Source of the DNA: Macrostomum lignano
Taxonomy: Eukaryota
Assembly: GCA_002269645.1 (NCBI GenBank)
Contig: NIVC01001942.1
Location: 62,001-126,000 of the forward strand
Direction of reading: 5' to 3'
DNA: 64,000 bases
This document shows, one piece after another, positions 60,201-64,000 of this stretch. Position numbers and translations under genes: made by a program. Below the pieces are notes generated by a model, which saw only the letters and a program-made list of their open reading frames with translations, had not been told where the DNA came from and did not search any database. Numbering within the stretch: position 1 is the first letter of the stretch; each line of letters opens with the position of its first letter.

Positions 60201-63200
60201 AACAAGTAGTAGCTTGTATTATTCATTCAAAATCTAATTCCGCTTCTGCACAGATGTTTCTAAGCTGAAGTGCTCTTGGGGTGGCGGGATTCCTATCTGC
60301 AAACACTTGAATTGAAAGCCCCAACCTTTTCCCTTTCATTGGGATTGTGTGTCACATTTTAGGGAAATTATTTTGGGGGCCATTGTGCTCGTGTCTTTGT
60401 CGCCTGTCTGCTGATGTATCCTAATTTATTGTATGAGACACTAAGGGGTAGCTTGGGAGTTCAGAATGGGATACTGAAGGGGAATTAAGAATAAGACACC
60501 GCTAGAATTCAGAATCAGATTTACTAGGGAAACTAAGAATCAGATACGAGGAAATTTAGAATCAGATACGTAGGAATTTACAAACCGGAAATTCTGGGGG
60601 AATTCTGAATCAGATACGGGGGAATTCAGAATCAGAACGGGGGAATTCAGAATTAGATACGGGGAAATTCAGAATCAGATACGGGGAATTCAGAATCAGA
60701 TACGGGGAAATTCAGAATCAGATACGGGGAATTCAGAATCAGATACGGGGGAATTCAGAATCAGATACGGGGAATTCAGAATCAGATAGTAGAATCAGAT
60801 AGTTGTTGGTATTGATTTTCTAGGAGAAGGCGATCGGCTGCTGGCCGCTAATCTTAACCGATGAGGCCAAGTCGGACGAGTCCGAGATGAACTGCGTTCT
60901 CTACCTGAGCAGCGCGGCAGCCTACGTGATTCGCCTAGCGGACAAGGACGCCGTTAAGCGAGTCGAGCTCAGCGACATCAACGAAGTGCTACTGGGCCCG
61001 GAGTCGCACCTGCTGAAAGCTCGGCCGCACCCGTGCATGCGAGTGGTGTACAAGGAAAAATTTCATTTCACGTTCCGGGCGCCAAGAAAGCGCCTGTTTA
61101 ATAATATGATGATCAGCGTCTCCACCGAGGAGGAGGCTCGCGACTCGCTCAAAGCCATCAGCGAGAGCTTCCAGATTGCCGCCGAGATTGCCCAGTGCAC
61201 TCTGCAGGTAAGATGGGTCCCATTATTCCCTGTTTATCAAAGCCCCAAGGTCTCTTGCACATATTGATGCATCTATAAACCAGCCGTTACACAAGAATCG
61301 CCTCCAGTCATTACACAAGCATCGCCTCCAGTCATTACACAAGCATCGCCTCCAGTCATTACACAAGCATCGCCTCCAGTCATTACACAAGCATCGCCTC
61401 CAGTCATTACACAAGCATCGCCTCCAGTCATTACACAAGCATCGCCTCCAGTCATTACACAAGCATCGCCTCCAGTCATTACACAAGCATCGCCTCCAGT
61501 CATTACACAAGCATCGCCTCCAGTCATTACACAAGCATCGCCTCCAGTCATTACACAAGCATCGCCTCCAGTCATTACACAAGCATCGCCTCCAGTCATT
61601 ACACAAGCATCGCCTCCAGTCATTACACAAGCATCGCCTCCAGTCATTACACAAGCATCGCCTCCAGTCATTACACAAGCATCGCCTCCAGTCATTACAC
61701 AAGCATCGCCTCCAGTCATTACACAAGCATCGCCTCCAGTCATTACACAAGCATCGCCTCCAGTCATTACACAAGCATCGCCTCCAGTCATTACACAAGC
61801 ATCGCCTCCAGTCATTACACAAGCATCGCCTCCAGTCATTACACAAGCATCGCCTCCAGTCATTACACAAGCATCGCCTCCAGTCATTACACAAGCATCG
61901 CCTCCAGTCATTACACAAGCATCGCCTCCAGTCATTACACAAGCATCGCCTCCAGTCATTACACAAGCATCGCCTCCAGTCATTACACAAGCATCGCCTC
62001 CAGTCATTACACAAGCATCGCCTCCAGTCATTACACAATAATCGCCTCCAGTCATTACACAAGCATCGCCTCCAGTCATTACACAAGCATCGCCTCCAGT
62101 CATTACACAAGCATCGCCTCCAGTCATTACACAAGCATCGCCTCCAGTCATTACACAAGCATCGCCTCCAGTCATTACACAAGCATCGCCTCCAGTCATT
62201 ACACAAGCATCGCCTCCAGTCATTACACAAGCATCGCCTCCAGTCATTACACAAGCATCGCCTCCAGTCATTACACAAGCATCGCCTCCAGTCATTACAC
62301 AAGCATCGCCTCCAGTCATTACAGCATCGCCTCCAGTCATTACACAAGAATCGCTCCAGTCATTACACAAGCATCGCCTCCAGTCAGTTACAAGCATGCC
62401 TCCAGTCAACACAAGCATCGTCCGCAAGCATCGCCTCCAACCGCATCGCCTCCAGCCATTACACAAGCATCGCCGCTCACACAAGCGTCTGTCCGCCGCC
62501 GCTGTCAAAGCCGACGACGACTACGACGATGATGAAGAAGAAGAAGACGATCGCGAGCCCGACGGTCGGCATGGCGCGTCGTCGAATGCGGGCGTCGCAG
62601 GGGCCGCCGGCGGCCGGGAGAACATGTCCTTCCTACCCGCCTGCGGCCTGGTCAGCCGGTCGCAGGCCTCGTTGGACTCCGGCGTCGACGGTTCCACTTT
62701 AGACGACGAAATTGTGACGCAAATTGGCGAAATCGGCGTTGTTGGCCAACGGGCCGAGCGTCTCAGCAAGGCGTTGCTAAGCGACAGATCGCCTGCGCGG
62801 CATTTCAATTTTCAACAGCAGCAACAACAGAAACAGCTGCAGCTGCAGCAGCAACAGCAACAACAGAACTCGTTGACCGCTCCGCTGACGTTGAAGATGG
62901 CCATTTCGGACAGTAACCTGCTGGCCGCGGCCGACTCTGCCGGTGGCATCGACGTCAGCCAGCTGACTGCCACCTCCTCGATGGCGCTGGCCCCGCCTCA
63001 GCTGGTTAACAGCTGGTTGGCTGGAGCTTCCGGCGCTGCCGCTGCCTGTTCGACTGGCGGATCAACCGCTGCGTCGGCCGCCGCCGCCGCGACCGCGCCA
63101 AAGAGTCCCGGCTGCCGACCTCCGCATCATCGAATGCAGCAGCCAAATATCAAGGATTTGTCGCTGCCGCAGCGCCAGTTAGACAGGCTGCTGATGCGGC

Positions 63201-63277
63201 AGAAGCAGTCGGAAGCTCAGCTGATTGAAATGCTGCACGGAATATCAGAGTGCAATACCACTTATTACATGTTCTGA
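51233..63277 (+). CDS. INPP5F: SAC2/INPP5F phosphoinositide phosphatase
   Basis: Exons 51233-51695, 56562-56975 (possible extra exon 56023-56083), 57813-58655, 60824-61207, ~62456-63277. [12 protein letters not shown]; [24 protein letters not shown]; [15 protein letters not shown]; catalytic [12 protein letters not shown]; hSac2-like exon. Confidence 0.92.
51760..51925 (-). mobile_element. SINE family 2, 5' part
   Basis: Head AGCTCAGCGG ... GGTTCGATTCC and GCGATTCACGCCCATAAG, shared with the 39050-39335 copy. Confidence 0.62.
52321..56008. repeat. 3.7-kb 31-bp minisatellite in INPP5F intron 1
   Basis: AGTTTATCAGCTTC(C/T)AAATCTATTCTATAGT, with interspersed 25-bp deletion variants. Confidence 0.97.
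56140..56480 (+). mobile_element. SINE family 2, near full length
   Basis: AGCTCAGTCG ... GGCTCGATTCC head, then the shared core and CGCC.AA.G.GCG..AGGGTGC end. Confidence 0.68.
57030..57700. repeat. Two related minisatellites (42-bp then 43-bp units) in an INPP5F intron
   Basis: CTTAGTGTCAGCGATGCTATAGTTGGTGTCAGGAGCTCCAGT, then TTAGTGTCAGGGATGCTCAAATTTGATGTCAGAAACTCCAACC. Confidence 0.9.
58670..60140. repeat. Two related minisatellites (24-bp then 27-bp units) in an INPP5F intron
   Basis: GGTCACTGAGATAGTTCTGAAGAT, then GGGTCAGTGTAGAGTGATTCTCAAGGT. Confidence 0.92.
60545..60800. repeat. 22-bp minisatellite in an INPP5F intron
   Basis: GGGAATTCAGAATCAGATACGG units. Confidence 0.88.
61285..62480. 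repeat. 24-bp minisatellite in the last INPP5F intron, grading into the exon
   Basis: About 45 near-identical copies of CTCCAGTCATTACACAAGCATCGC. Confidence 0.95.
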
Positions 63278-63409
63278 GACTGCTGGCTGAGGAAACTGGC
63301 CCTTGATTTCTGTGTGTCTAAGATTTTCATGTCTTATAAATGATTTCAATCGTAACGTTTCAGAAATATTAATAATAATAATCTAATAAGCAGTCAACAA
63401 GTTTCACTA

Positions 63410-63715
63410 TCCAAGCTGCAGTCTGTAAGCTCCAAGCTTCAGTCTGTAAGCTCCAAGCTACAGTCTGTAAGCTCCAAGCTTCAGTCTGTAAGCTCCAAGC
63501 TGCAGTCTGTAAGCTCCAAGCTGCAGTCTGTAAGCCCCAAGCTTCAGTCTGTAAGCTCCAAGCTTCAGTCTGTGAGCTCCAAGCTTCAGTCTGTAAGCTC
63601 CAAGCTTCAGTCTGTAAGCTCCAAGCTTCAGTCTGTAAGCTCCAAGCTGCAGTCTGTAAGCCCCAAGCTTTAGTCAGTCTGTAAGCTCCAAGCCCAGTCA
63701 GTCTGTAAGCTCCAG
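63410..63715. repeat. 21-bp minisatellite downstream of INPP5F
   Basis: CCAAGCTTCAGTCTGTAAGCT units. Confidence 0.9.
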
Positions 63716-64000
63716 GATCAAAGCTTTTTCTGTATCCACTATTTTGTACTAATAATTATACTTACTAGTATTGAGGGCCTGTTAGGGATGATGGGGAATT
63801 GTTGCTTAAGAAGGGCCTATTTGATCCATAGAGTGGAGAAGTCTTCCATACCATCACGCAATACAAAGCATTCACTTTTTAGGCAGTAGGGGGACTATAA
63901 GACTAATATATTAGACCAAAATTTTTCTATTGTGGGTAATCTCATATTATATTCATATTTATTTAGGCTATATTTTAATCCTGACTCCATCCGTGTTTGT

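Noticed and set aside
61223-62508. Antisense 374-aa and 411-aa ORFs (CLCNDWRR / VMTGGDAC repeats)
   Set aside because: A 24-bp unit with no stop codons; no independent coding evidence.

Overview
Animal genomic DNA. The style (GC-rich exons, a different minisatellite in most long introns) suggests a Macrostomum-type free-living flatworm; this is an inference. Seven protein-coding genes can be built by hand with phase-consistent GT-AG junctions: nardilysin (5' part, minus), an intronless NEDD8, an Iroquois homeobox gene, an FGD-type RhoGEF in one 2.4-kb exon, a small secreted Ly6/three-finger protein missed by the ORF track, CLHC1 (minus) and INPP5F/SAC2. Positions ~1.7-14.8 kb are a nest of DNA transposons: a MULE, two mariners, several MITEs and a nearly intact Chapaev element with a RAG1-like zinc finger. 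There are two tRNA-derived SINE families (one with a MIR/CORE-like domain), LINE fragments, about 20 tandem arrays and a 475-nt gap. The strongest candidate for an undescribed system is a repeat-directed C-to-T hypermutation that hits CpA/TpG as well as CpG, resembling fungal RIP. It shows in paired TIR arms, a target-site duplication, conserved Trp codons converted TGG to TAG, and minisatellite variants, while genes and SINEs keep their CpGs. All counts are hand counts; no searches were run.
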